From positions 3,583 to 67,582 of the forward strand of contig JAKQWZ010000064.1 in NCBI GenBank assembly GCA_029561735.1: a DNA stretch of 64,000 nt. Direction: 5' to 3'. The notes below the pieces were generated by a model. That model did no database searches. It was not told the origin of the DNA and was given only the letters and a program-made list of their open reading frames with translations. Source of the DNA: Candidatus Omnitrophota bacterium (GTDB taxonomy: Bacteria > Omnitrophota > Gorgyraeia > Gygaellales > Profunditerraquicolaceae). The position numbers and the translations under genes were made by a program. Shown here piece by piece: positions 25,179-34,347 of this stretch (position 1 is its first letter; every line of letters starts with the position of its first letter).

Positions 25179-26987
25179 TCACCACTGGAATTTAACTCCT
25201 GACTGCACCCATCTTCCCGGCTCAACTACTCCGCTAACCTCATAATATTTGGCATTCGTGAAATTGGTGATCTTTACAAACGGCTCAAATACCAATCCCT
25301 GCTTTGTGAACCTGCGCGCCAGATAGAAATCACCAAACAGGTATGTGTTTGCCAGATACCTTTGCTGATAATAAAACTGCAGTCCAAGGTCAAAACCACA
25401 GAGGCGCTGACTTAATCCGACATTCAGGCTATGCTTAAGCACATCCAGCGCGTATTTAGACTGGGCCTGCGTAGATTTATTGTCAGCGTCGGTATAGGTA
25501 TAGGAAAATTTTATATTTTCCAGGCTATAAGCTCCGGCTTTCAAAGAAGAACGGGCCTCCAGATTCAGGTCCACTCCCCTGAAATCCACCTTGCCCAGAT
25601 TTGTGGCCTGCCAGGGCTGAGAACTGCCCTGCCTAACCCAATCAATCAGGTCATGCCCCTGCCGTAGAAAAAATCCAGCTCCGAAGTTAAAAGATTTACT
25701 TTTAAATTGCGCGCCGGCTGCCAGATTATCGGATTTCTCAATACCAAGATTAGGATCCCCTTTGTTTGCCGCATCAGAATAGAATAATTCGGTAAAACTG
25801 GGCATACGAAACGCCCTGCCCAGCGATAAACTCAAACGCAGGGCATCATTTAACTCATAGCCTAAGCCGGCATTAAAAGATTTTTGCCATGGCCAACCAT
25901 GATAATGGTCTAGCCTGAATCTCAAATCCGAATCAAACCTGCCGAATCTTTTTGGCTGTATTCCAAAGAGGCCTGCTTCGTGCAACCGGGAATGCCTGCC
26001 CAGATTCGTGGAATTTATCTCATCCATCCCCGTATCCAACCCTAGCGAAAGGTCTCCTAGCCGGGTAGGGACAACTGCCGAAGAATTCCAGCCATAAAGA
26101 TAAGTAGTATGATAATTTACTGAGGTAGGATTGTTCTTATTTAATATAAATTTATCCCGGTGCTGGCGCAGGTACAGGTTATTCTTCAGCCTGTTTCCCC
26201 GAATCAGCGAATCCAGGCCAATTCTGGCGAACTCGGTCTGTGTATGTTCCTGCTCATCAGGAAAAAGATTGGAATAAAAAGTCGATGCCCCGAAATCCTT
26301 CTTTTGAAAACCGAAAAACAGATCAACCATCCCGTTCTCCAGATCGCGGGATAAATATACTGTGCCGGTCCTGTTATCAAAATCCGTATCCGGACGGGCT
26401 CCGGAGGATTTCTTATGGTCATAGGATATTCTTGCTCCCAGATCCCCTTCAACCCTGCTTATTGACAATACCTGTCCGTAAAGATCAAAGTCGCCGAAAA
26501 CCAAATCCGTATTAAACGAATTGCTGGCCGGTTTTTTGGTTATATAATTCACAGCTCCGGCCAATGCCCCGGCGCCATAGACAGAAGAAAATCCCTCTTT
26601 TTCCACCCGGATACTCTCAATATCATAGGCTGTAAGCGGGATATCCAGATTAAAGTGCCCGGTCTGAGGATCATTTACGTTTATAGAATCAATCGCCACT
26701 GCCACCTGCTCAAAAGTCGAGCCCTTAAGAGTAAGATCGGCCTGGACGCCAAAAGCCCCCCGCTGGCGAAGGTCTATTGCGCTGACAAAAGACAGAGGAT
26801 CGCTTATTGCCCCGGAGCTCTCATCCAATATCCGGCCTTCGGATAATATTTGCCCCGAATACGAAGACACGCCGGCCTGATTAGGGTACGAGCGCCTGAC
26901 CACAATGCGGTCAAAATCGCTTGTTTCTAATGCAAAACATACTGCCGGAAAAAAGAAGATGATGAATATTGCCGTATTCTTAAACAT
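25179..26987 (-). CDS. TonB-dependent outer-membrane receptor (BtuB-size)
   Basis: 602 aa. Signal peptide, a DRIVV TonB-box-like stretch, plug motifs (LKGSTFEQVAVAIDSINVNDPQTGHFNLD) and a C-terminal aromatic residue (KFQW). Confidence 0.8.
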   Translation of the reverse strand: MFKNTAIFIIFFFPAVCFALETSDFDRIVVRRSYPNQAGVSSYSGQILSEGRILDESSGAISDPLSFVSAIDLRQRGAFGVQADLTLKGSTFEQVAVAIDSINVNDPQTGHFNLDIPLTAYDIESIRVEKEGFSSVYGAGALAGAVNYITKKPASNSFNTDLVFGDFDLYGQVLSISRVEGDLGARISYDHKKSSGARPDTDFDNRTGTVYLSRDLENGMVDLFFGFQKKDFGASTFYSNLFPDEQEHTQTEFARIGLDSLIRGNRLKNNLYLRQHRDKFILNKNNPTSVNYHTTYLYGWNSSAVVPTRLGDLSLGLDTGMDEINSTNLGRHSRLHEAGLFGIQPKRFGRFDSDLRFRLDHYHGWPWQKSFNAGLGYELNDALRLSLSLGRAFRMPSFTELFYSDAANKGDPNLGIEKSDNLAAGAQFKSKSFNFGAGFFLRQGHDLIDWVRQGSSQPWQATNLGKVDFRGVDLNLEARSSLKAGAYSLENIKFSYTYTDADNKSTQAQSKYALDVLKHSLNVGLSQRLCGFDLGLQFYYQQRYLANTYLFGDFYLARRFTKQGLVFEPFVKITNFTNAKYYEVSGVVEPGRWVQSGVKFQW

Positions 26988-27023
26988 AAAAAACCCGGCA
27001 TCATTATAAAGGATACCGGGTTT
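26986..27023 (-). terminator. Hairpin plus U-tract immediately before the receptor start codon (birA terminator or attenuator)
   Basis: Minus strand AACCCGG-N17-CCGGGTT followed by TTTTTATG, where ATG is the receptor start codon. Confidence 0.5.
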
Positions 27024-27056
27024 ATTGTCAACCTGATATAAAATTATAGTTTACAA

Positions 27057-28040
27057 TTACCTGCAGTGGGCTACATCGCCGCTTAAGACCTTCTGGATCA
27101 GCCCTGAATCGCTTCTTAAAAGCAGGGCCCCGTCCGAATCTATACCTATGGCCTCACCTTCCAGTACGCGGTGGTGAGAATTCACCTTAACCCGCTTTCC
27201 CAAAGTTATGTTTGCGGCACGCCATTTATCCAAGATCACCGTCGAGCCGTACTTTTCCAGATACAGATAATTTTCTTCGATAGCTAAAAGTATCTTTTTC
27301 AGGAGCCCTGCGCGGTTGACTTCATCTTTTAATTGTTCCTTCAGTGAAGTGGCACCGGCTAATAACGATCTCTTGTCGTTATTTATGTTCAGCCCGAAAC
27401 CGACCACCGCAAAATGCGTCCGGTCTGTCTCAGCGTTCAGCTCCGTAAGTATTCCCCCGAGTTTTTTATTGTGGATCAGGATGTCATTGGGCCATTTGAT
27501 CCTGGCTTCTAAACCGGTTGCTTCTTTGATCGCTTCGCAGATACTTACAGCACACAAAAGCGTCAGTAAAGGCGTGGCATTAGGGGCCAGTTCCGGGCGC
27601 AGTACCAAAGACAGATATATTCCTTTATATTTAGGGGAAAACCATTCTCTGCCCAGCCTGCCCTTGCCTTTTGTCTGGGATTCAGCTACCACCAGGGTAC
27701 CGTTAGGGCAGCCTTTGACCCCCAATTCAGCCGCTACATCCATAGTTGTAGGTAAGGCATCATAATAATATATTTTTTTTGCGATAAATTTGGTATGCAG
27801 GCGATAAGCCAATTCTGCGGGAAACAACCGGTCAGGTGCGGATTTTAAGCAATAGCCCAAATGCGGCACTGCTTCAATATCATATCCGCAATCTTTAAGT
27901 ACCTGAATATGTTTCCACAGCGCCTGGCGGCTGACATTAAGATGCCCGCTCATCTCTTCGCCGGAAACATATTCATCTTTTTTTCTTAAATATTCCAGAA
28001 CCTTATCCTGCATGTCGGCTTTTTTTAAGATACTCTTCAA
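27057..28040 (-). CDS. birA: Bifunctional biotin-protein ligase / biotin operon repressor
   Basis: 327 aa. N-terminal wHTH, KGKGRLGREW (GRGRxGRxW-type) and a C-terminal SH3-like tail. Confidence 0.9.
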   Translation of the reverse strand: MKSILKKADMQDKVLEYLRKKDEYVSGEEMSGHLNVSRQALWKHIQVLKDCGYDIEAVPHLGYCLKSAPDRLFPAELAYRLHTKFIAKKIYYYDALPTTMDVAAELGVKGCPNGTLVVAESQTKGKGRLGREWFSPKYKGIYLSLVLRPELAPNATPLLTLLCAVSICEAIKEATGLEARIKWPNDILIHNKKLGGILTELNAETDRTHFAVVGFGLNINNDKRSLLAGATSLKEQLKDEVNRAGLLKKILLAIEENYLYLEKYGSTVILDKWRAANITLGKRVKVNSHHRVLEGEAIGIDSDGALLLRSDSGLIQKVLSGDVAHCR

Positions 28041-29073
28041 ATTTTATCCAAAACGGATCCACTTTTGGATGTTCAAGCTTATAATGCCTGCCTTTTTCAA
28101 ATACGGTTATCCCTTTGCTCTTAGGGATAACTTTACCGCAGATGCTCGCCTCTATGCCTGAACGCTTTAACGCGCGGACAACCTTTGCGGCTTTGCTTTT
28201 CTTTGCAGTAGCCAGCAAAGTCCCCTCGCTGATCGCCCTGAATGGATCAATATCAAAACACTCGCAGGTCAATCTGACTTCTTGCGGCATAATAATATCA
28301 TCCAGCCGGATATCCATACCTACGCGCGCCTGCGCTGCCATCTCAAACAAGCCGCCAAGGACGCCGCACTCAGTGGCATCATGCATAGCGGTTACTCCGC
28401 CGCAAGCCGCTGCTGTCAAGGCATCTTTTACCGTAGACATCTTATAAAAAATAGCCTGTGCCTGTTTAACAAATTTACTTCCGTACCTGGCTGCGAGGAA
28501 TTGAGGAAAATAGGCTGACATAAGCCCGGTAGTCTCTATTGCCGGGCCTTTCGAAACTATAATAGCATCTCCCGGCTGCGGCTTAGGGATAATAAGCTTG
28601 TCCTTCTTATCTATGCCGAATACCGTAGCCCCGCCGACCATCGGATAGTTGCATCCGGCATACCTGGCAGTATGCCCCGTGACAACATTAATGCCGAGCT
28701 TTTTGCATTCTTTGTGCACAGCGCCCCAGAGCCTGGCTAATTCCTCTTCACTGATCTGGGGCGGCAAATTTAAATCTACGCTTAGGTAGCGCGGTTTTAT
28801 ACCGCTCACAGCTACGTCGCTGGCCAGTATATGCACGGCAAACCAGGCAGCTTTTTCAATACCCAACTCTTTAGCAATAAAAAACGGGTCCGTAGATAAT
28901 ACCATTACTTTATTGCCCAGACTGATAACTCCGAAATCAACTCCGTGGCAGGGCTTGACGATCACCGATGCATCGGCAGCGCCTAGCTTATGAAAGATAT
29001 GTTTATTGAAAAATTCCGGATGAATCTTGCCTAGCTCCGGCAGATTCTGGCAATGACGCTTATTTTTCTTCAT
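28003..29073 (-). CDS. AIR-synthase-related (PurM/HypE/SelD superfamily) protein
   Basis: 356 aa. The N-terminal DASV...GVDFGVI...STDP pattern and two-domain length fit the PurM-like ATP-binding fold. The specific function is unknown. Confidence 0.65.
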   Translation of the reverse strand: MKKNKRHCQNLPELGKIHPEFFNKHIFHKLGAADASVIVKPCHGVDFGVISLGNKVMVLSTDPFFIAKELGIEKAAWFAVHILASDVAVSGIKPRYLSVDLNLPPQISEEELARLWGAVHKECKKLGINVVTGHTARYAGCNYPMVGGATVFGIDKKDKLIIPKPQPGDAIIVSKGPAIETTGLMSAYFPQFLAARYGSKFVKQAQAIFYKMSTVKDALTAAACGGVTAMHDATECGVLGGLFEMAAQARVGMDIRLDDIIMPQEVRLTCECFDIDPFRAISEGTLLATAKKSKAAKVVRALKRSGIEASICGKVIPKSKGITVFEKGRHYKLEHPKVDPFWIKFEEYLKKSRHAG

Positions 29074-30223
29074 AAAGAGGAGACATAGAGCGCAGCTTTT
29101 TGACTACTGCGGGTAGGTTTTCCAGGAGGCAATCAATATCTTCTTCTTTAGTCCACCTGCCCATGGTTATACGCAAAGACCCGTGGGCTAATTCATGCGG
29201 CAGGCCGATTGCCAGTAAAACATGCGACGGCTCAAGAGAGGTTGAAGTGCATGCCGAACCGGTTGAAGCGGCAATACCGAGCATATCCAGATTCAATAAT
29301 ATAGATTCGCCTTCTATATATTTAAAAGAAAAATTGACATTATTCGGCAGGCGTTTTACCGGATGGCCGTTAAGCCGGCTTTCAGGAATACTCGCCGGAA
29401 TCTGCTTGATCAACCTATCCCTGAGCTTAGACTGAAAATCCGCTTCCTGGCCCATTGCAACAGAACATAATTCCAGGGCCTTCGCCATCCCGACTATACC
29501 GGGGGTATTATGAGTTGAGGCGCGCCTTCCTTTTTCCTGATCACCGCCCAATAGATATGGGTGCGTACGCGTGCCTTTTCTTATATATAATGCGCCCACA
29601 CCCTTGGGCCCGTAAAATTTATGGGCAGATAAAGAAAGCAGGTCTATATTGGCCTTATTAACGTTTACCGGAATATGCCCCACTGTCTGGACTGCATCAA
29701 CATGAAAATAAACGCCTTTTTCTTTTGTGAGCCTGCCGATTTCTTCTATAGGCTGTATTGTCCCGATCTCATTATTAGCATGCATTATCGAAACCAGGAT
29801 CGTTTTATCGGTAATAGATTTCTTTACATCCTGCGGGTCGACTAATCCGTCTTTATCCACGCCCAGATAAGTTACTTTAAAACCTTTCTTTTCTAAAAAT
29901 TTAGCCGGCTCTAAAACCGCATGATGCTCTATAGCGGAAGTTATAATATGATTGCCTTTTCCCGCCAGAGTAAAAGCCGTCTCAATAACAGCGGTATTAT
30001 CTGCTTCTGTCCCGCCGGAATTAAAAACTATTTCGTCAGGGCTGGCCCCTAATACGCGCGCAGTAATTTCGCGGCTGTCCTCAATGGCTTTTTTAGCTTC
30101 CTGGCCGAAATAATGGATGCTAGAAGGATTGCCGAATTTTTCAAAAAAATACGGCTCCATTGACTTTAGCACTTCAGGGTCAGCCGGAGCAGTTGCCGCA
30201 TAATCAAGGTATATTCTTTTCAT
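29060..30223 (-). CDS. Cysteine desulfurase (NifS/IscS family)
   Basis: 387 aa. SAHKFYGPKG carries the PLP-binding Lys, and STGSACTS the catalytic Cys loop. Confidence 0.9.
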   Translation of the reverse strand: MKRIYLDYAATAPADPEVLKSMEPYFFEKFGNPSSIHYFGQEAKKAIEDSREITARVLGASPDEIVFNSGGTEADNTAVIETAFTLAGKGNHIITSAIEHHAVLEPAKFLEKKGFKVTYLGVDKDGLVDPQDVKKSITDKTILVSIMHANNEIGTIQPIEEIGRLTKEKGVYFHVDAVQTVGHIPVNVNKANIDLLSLSAHKFYGPKGVGALYIRKGTRTHPYLLGGDQEKGRRASTHNTPGIVGMAKALELCSVAMGQEADFQSKLRDRLIKQIPASIPESRLNGHPVKRLPNNVNFSFKYIEGESILLNLDMLGIAASTGSACTSTSLEPSHVLLAIGLPHELAHGSLRITMGRWTKEEDIDCLLENLPAVVKKLRSMSPLYEEK

Positions 30224-31014
30224 AGGCCTAAAGGTTCGTTCATGCTACCACTGCGAAATCCTTCCAAATCCACTGTCACATAATTATAACCTAACTTTTT
30301 AAAGTTGTCGACAACCTCTTTATTTTTGGACAGCAAAAATTTAATATCCGCAGGCATAACTTCAATCCGGCACAAGCCGTTATAATGCCTGACCCTGACA
30401 GGATCAAACCCGAGCATTTTAAGAAAACGTTCTGCTTTGTTTATGCACGACAGGGCCTTTGTGCTTATCGGGCTGCCGTAAGGTATTCTTGAAGCCAGGC
30501 ATGCCAGGCTTGGCTTATTCCAGGTTTGAAGGCCCAATCTTTTACTCATGAACCGGACATCCTCTTTAGTAAAACCTGCTTCGCTAAGCGGAGACCGTAT
30601 CCCCAGCTCTTTTTTTGCTTTATCTCCGGGACGAAAATCTTTTTTATCGCTTATATTTCCGGCGTCAATCACAAAATCAATCCCTCTAAGTGCGGCAATA
30701 TTTTTTAGCCTTGTGAATAATTCCTTTTTACAATGGTAACAACGCTCAACCGGGTTATTGCGGAATTTGCGGTTATTCAGTTCTTCGGTCTTTATTACCG
30801 TATGCCGGGCCCCTAATCTACGCGCCAGAAGCCTGGCAGATTTAAGCTCTTCCTTAGGGTAAGTTTCGGAAACCGCAGTAACTGCCAGGACTTTGTCAGT
30901 AAGAGAATCCAATGCCACCTTGAGCAGAAATGAACTATCCGCGCCCCCTGAATAAGCCAAAAGCACTGAATTCATCCTCTTGAGTATAGCTTTAAGTTTT
31001 TTCAACTTGCGCAT
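30220..31014 (-). CDS. LarE-like PP-loop ATP pyrophosphatase (TIGR00268-type sulfur transferase)
   Basis: 264 aa. PP-loop LAYSGGADSS, CYHC and ACLASRIPYG give three conserved Cys. Confidence 0.75.
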   Translation of the reverse strand: MRKLKKLKAILKRMNSVLLAYSGGADSSFLLKVALDSLTDKVLAVTAVSETYPKEELKSARLLARRLGARHTVIKTEELNNRKFRNNPVERCYHCKKELFTRLKNIAALRGIDFVIDAGNISDKKDFRPGDKAKKELGIRSPLSEAGFTKEDVRFMSKRLGLQTWNKPSLACLASRIPYGSPISTKALSCINKAERFLKMLGFDPVRVRHYNGLCRIEVMPADIKFLLSKNKEVVDNFKKLGYNYVTVDLEGFRSGSMNEPLGL

Positions 31015-31019
31015 TGGCT

Positions 31020-31427
31020 TTAAAAATGCACTTCCATTGCTTGGGTAGGGCAGATCTTAATGCAGAGTTCGCAGGCAATGCATTTCTTATCATGAAATGC
31101 TATCTTGCGCGTTTTAGGGTCTACCTCTAAAGCCCCGACAGGGCATATCGGAACGCATACTCCGCAATCAGTACATTTTTTTTCATTGCGCCTTATATCA
31201 TGGCTTAAAGATTCAACTTTTAAACCGCATGATTTAAGGTATTTTACCCCCTTATCATAATCTTCAGCCTTACCAGCCAGTTCAATGACCATCAACCCTT
31301 CCTCTTCCGGGGTTATAGAGGCCTTAAGGATATTAAACTTCAGGTCATGCTCTTTTATCAGATTATAGACTATCGGCTCATCAACCAGCCGCTTAGGGAA
31401 ATGCAGGACGATCCTTTTTGAAATCAT
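31020..31427 (-). CDS. NIL domain + 2x[4Fe-4S] ferredoxin protein
   Basis: 135 aa. An N-terminal NIL-like beta-alpha domain is followed by CTDCGVCVPICP and CIACELCIKICP. Confidence 0.8.
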   Translation of the reverse strand: MISKRIVLHFPKRLVDEPIVYNLIKEHDLKFNILKASITPEEEGLMVIELAGKAEDYDKGVKYLKSCGLKVESLSHDIRRNEKKCTDCGVCVPICPVGALEVDPKTRKIAFHDKKCIACELCIKICPTQAMEVHF

Positions 31428-31441
31428 TTTTGTTTATCTCC

Positions 31442-32653
31442 TTACTTTAAGCGGGCTATCGGCCTTTCTTTTAAAGGCTTAAAACTATAGCCTGATTCTG
31501 CTCCTGGAAGCTGCGCTACCGGTTCAGTCAGCAGAAAATCACCTTTTTTAATCCATGACTTCAACTCTTCGGAAATCTCGCGGGCCTTGGAATAGCTAGA
31601 AAGGCTCCCCGTAGGGACTTCCTTGCCCTGGACAGTAATCTTTCCGGATTTTAACTGCGCATAGCTGGCCTCTCCCAGGCTTTTAGCGACCATCTGTGGA
31701 TAATCCTGGCTGTAATCAACAATCTGCGCAAATATTTCTTCATCTTTTATTGCTGCGCTTTTTAGGATCTCCTCATCTAATATAGGAATAGGGACCCCTA
31801 TACCCACGCCAAGGCTGACGCCATAACCAAGCATGCTGATGCCCTTTAGCCACTTATCGCTCATAGTTTTTAAATCGCCGATCACCGCCAATGTTCCTGC
31901 GGGTACTTGAGGTACTCCGTTATCTTTTCTTTTTACGCAAGGATTATGCTGAGTGCCTTGCCAGCTGACATAACCCACGCCTCCCCCCAAGAATATTTTT
32001 GTACCTATACCGATTGTCTTATAATACGGGTCTTTTAAAAGAGGGGAAAGCTGCCCTGCAGAGCAGTAATTTGCATTGCCCAATTGTGGTTTTAGCGACC
32101 CCATATAGGTATAAATAGTCTTGTCGGATAAATTGACTGCAATGTTGTAATTCTGATAACAGTTGCGGAAATTGAAAAGTACTGCTTCATTCAAGTCTTT
32201 TAAATTTATGTAGGTCTCCAGCTTTTTGCGCGGATAACAATCGGTTCCATAAGCGCTTGCTTCCAGCCGGACATCTTTTCCAGCTACCAATTCCTGTATG
32301 ACGTGCCCTCCGCCGTATTTGAATTCACCGGGAAAAACTTTATTGCGGGGGTCATCATCCGGGATAGCAGTCGCCCCCAGGTAGACATCAACCGCAGCAA
32401 ATCCCGGATAAACCGGTACATCATTCAAGGTACAGGTGCCGCCGCCTATTTTTATCCTGGGCTTAGAATGGCCGATATTAAAATAAGCCCCGGAAGAACA
32501 CATCGGGCCGAAAGTCCCGGTTGTGACCACGTCAACTTCCTGGGCTGCTTTTTTTATGCCCTTTTTCTGTACCAGCTCAATTACTTCCTCGGCAGTTATC
32601 GCAACTACCTGGCCTTTTTTTATCTTTTCATTGATCTCTTTAATCGTTCTCAT
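31442..32653 (-). CDS. COG1900/DUF39-type homocysteine biosynthesis protein
   Basis: 403 aa. The N-terminus KEINEKIKKGQVVAITAEEV...VDVVTTGTFGPMCSSGA is typical of the family that pairs with NIL-ferredoxin (recognised from memory). Confidence 0.7.
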   Translation of the reverse strand: MRTIKEINEKIKKGQVVAITAEEVIELVQKKGIKKAAQEVDVVTTGTFGPMCSSGAYFNIGHSKPRIKIGGGTCTLNDVPVYPGFAAVDVYLGATAIPDDDPRNKVFPGEFKYGGGHVIQELVAGKDVRLEASAYGTDCYPRKKLETYINLKDLNEAVLFNFRNCYQNYNIAVNLSDKTIYTYMGSLKPQLGNANYCSAGQLSPLLKDPYYKTIGIGTKIFLGGGVGYVSWQGTQHNPCVKRKDNGVPQVPAGTLAVIGDLKTMSDKWLKGISMLGYGVSLGVGIGVPIPILDEEILKSAAIKDEEIFAQIVDYSQDYPQMVAKSLGEASYAQLKSGKITVQGKEVPTGSLSSYSKAREISEELKSWIKKGDFLLTEPVAQLPGAESGYSFKPLKERPIARLK

Positions 32654-32671
32654 TAGTATCCCTATCCCCCT

Positions 32672-32893
32672 TTATAACGCTACTACCTCTTTTATTTCCG
32701 GTATCTCTTTCTTAAGCAGTTTCTCTATGCCGTTTTTAAGCGTCATCTGGCTCATCGGACAAGAGCCGCATGCCCCGGTAAGTTTAACTTTAACAATTCC
32801 GTCTGCGGTAACTTCTACTAACTGCACATCCCCTCCGTCTGCCTGAAGCATTGGTCTGATTTTGCTTAATGCCTGTTCTACTTTCTCTTTCAT
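32672..32893 (-). CDS. NifU C-terminal-domain-like Fe-S scaffold/carrier protein
   Basis: 73 aa. GGDVQLVEV...GACGSCPMS is the Nfu/NifU C-terminal domain motif. Confidence 0.85.
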   Translation of the reverse strand: MKEKVEQALSKIRPMLQADGGDVQLVEVTADGIVKVKLTGACGSCPMSQMTLKNGIEKLLKKEIPEIKEVVAL

Positions 32894-32902
32894 ATTAGTC
32901 TC

Positions 32903-33826
32903 CTATAGGTTAAATAACTCTGTGCTTAAATATCTTTCGCCTGTATCCGGCAATATTACTACAATGAGCTTGCCTTTATATTCTTTGCGCCTGGCAATTT
33001 CCATCGCCGCAAAAACTGCTGCACCCGAAGAGATCCCGGCTAATATACCTTCCTGTTTTGCCAGCTTTCCGGCAATCAAACCGGCATCTTCATTAGAAAC
33101 CTGTATAATCTCATCAATAATTTTAACATTTAATACATCCGGAATAAAACCTGCGCCGATCCCCTGGATCTTATGCGCACCCGGCTTGCCTCCGGATAAC
33201 ACCGGGGAATCTTTTGGTTCCACCGCAATTGCCTTAACCGAAGGTTTCTTTTTCTTCAATACCTCTGCGATTCCGGTAAGCGTGCCTCCAGTACCCACGC
33301 CGGCGATAACCGCATCAACCTTTCCGTCGGTATCATTCCAAATCTCAAGGGCGGTAGTCTTACGGTGCACCTGCGGATTTGACGGATTCTTAAACTGCTG
33401 CGGCATATAAAAATTTGCGTTCTTTCTAGCTATATCTTCGGCTTTTTTTACAGCTCCGGACATGCCTTCTGCTCCGGCAGTTAGAATAATCTCGGCTCCG
33501 AGTAAGGATAAAAGCCTACGCCTTTCTATGCTCATTGTCTCAGGCATAGTTAGAATTAATTTATAGCCTTTTACTGCCGCGACAAAAGCCAGGGCAATAC
33601 CGGTATTGCCGCTTGTCGGCTCGACAATCACCGTGCCTTTTTTAAGCAAGCCTTCTTTTTCCGCCTGCTCAATCATACTTAGCCCAATCCTGTCTTTGAC
33701 CGAAGAGCAGGGATTAAACGATTCGAGCTTCAGAACTATTTGCGCAACGCAACCTTCGGATAAACGGTTAAGCCGCACCAGCGGGGTATTACCTATAAGT
33801 TCAGTTATGTTTTTTGCAATTTTCAT
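32903..33826 (-). CDS. cysK: Cysteine synthase A (O-acetylserine sulfhydrylase)
   Basis: 307 aa. [10 protein letters not shown] carries the PLP-binding Lys. TSGNTG and [10 protein letters not shown] are also present. Confidence 0.9.
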   Translation of the reverse strand: MKIAKNITELIGNTPLVRLNRLSEGCVAQIVLKLESFNPCSSVKDRIGLSMIEQAEKEGLLKKGTVIVEPTSGNTGIALAFVAAVKGYKLILTMPETMSIERRRLLSLLGAEIILTAGAEGMSGAVKKAEDIARKNANFYMPQQFKNPSNPQVHRKTTALEIWNDTDGKVDAVIAGVGTGGTLTGIAEVLKKKKPSVKAIAVEPKDSPVLSGGKPGAHKIQGIGAGFIPDVLNVKIIDEIIQVSNEDAGLIAGKLAKQEGILAGISSGAAVFAAMEIARRKEYKGKLIVVILPDTGERYLSTELFNL

Positions 33827-33835
33827 AGTGATTCA

Positions 33836-34276
33836 TTATATTTGATATACGTATGCCGCGTCAAATTTTTTGCTTTTTTTGGCCAATTCTTCAAAAGTAA
33901 CATTATCCAAGACGTGGGAAATCGCTTTGCCTACCTTAAGCCAGACTTCTCTTAAAACGCATTTTTTAATATCCCTGCAGCCTTTATAGCCGTCCTGCAC
34001 GCACTCAATCGGATCCAGAGGCCCTTCTATGAACCTGACCACATCGCCTACTGTTATCTTTGAAGGATGTTTTGCCAGTAAATAACCGCCTACTTTACCG
34101 CGCCTGCTTTCAACAAAACCGCCGCGCTTTAAATTTAAGAGTATCTGTTCTAGAAACTTTATCGGGATATCGGATCTCTTTGCCAGATCAGGAATAGTAA
34201 CCGGGCTGTTTCCGTAATGAACAGACAGGTTCAGTATTGCTTTGACTGCGTAATCGCCCTTAAAGGTGAGTTTCAT
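33836..34276 (-). CDS. Rrf2-family transcriptional regulator
   Basis: 146 aa. N-terminal wHTH (YAVKAILNLS...) with scattered Cys (C92, C100, C106-like) that could bind a cluster. Confidence 0.85.
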   Translation of the reverse strand: MKLTFKGDYAVKAILNLSVHYGNSPVTIPDLAKRSDIPIKFLEQILLNLKRGGFVESRRGKVGGYLLAKHPSKITVGDVVRFIEGPLDPIECVQDGYKGCRDIKKCVLREVWLKVGKAISHVLDNVTFEELAKKSKKFDAAYVYQI

Positions 34277-34308
34277 GGTTTTCTAGATAATGTCTATCGT
34301 TTTGGTAG

Positions 34309-34336
34309 AGTATACATGATAATCATCCATTGTCAA
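34309..34336 (-). promoter_or_regulatory. Sigma-70-type promoter with embedded palindrome (candidate Rrf2 operator)
   Basis: Minus strand TTGACA-16 nt-TATACT. The spacer contains ATGAT-N1-ATCAT (34316-34326). Confidence 0.6.
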
Positions 34337-34347
34337 GAAAAATCTTC

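Noticed and set aside
25150-27056. Cobalamin riboswitch upstream of the BtuB-sized TonB-dependent receptor
   Set aside because: The upstream spacer is only about 70 nt. It is occupied by a simple hairpin with a U-tract, and no B12-box-like sequence is visible.
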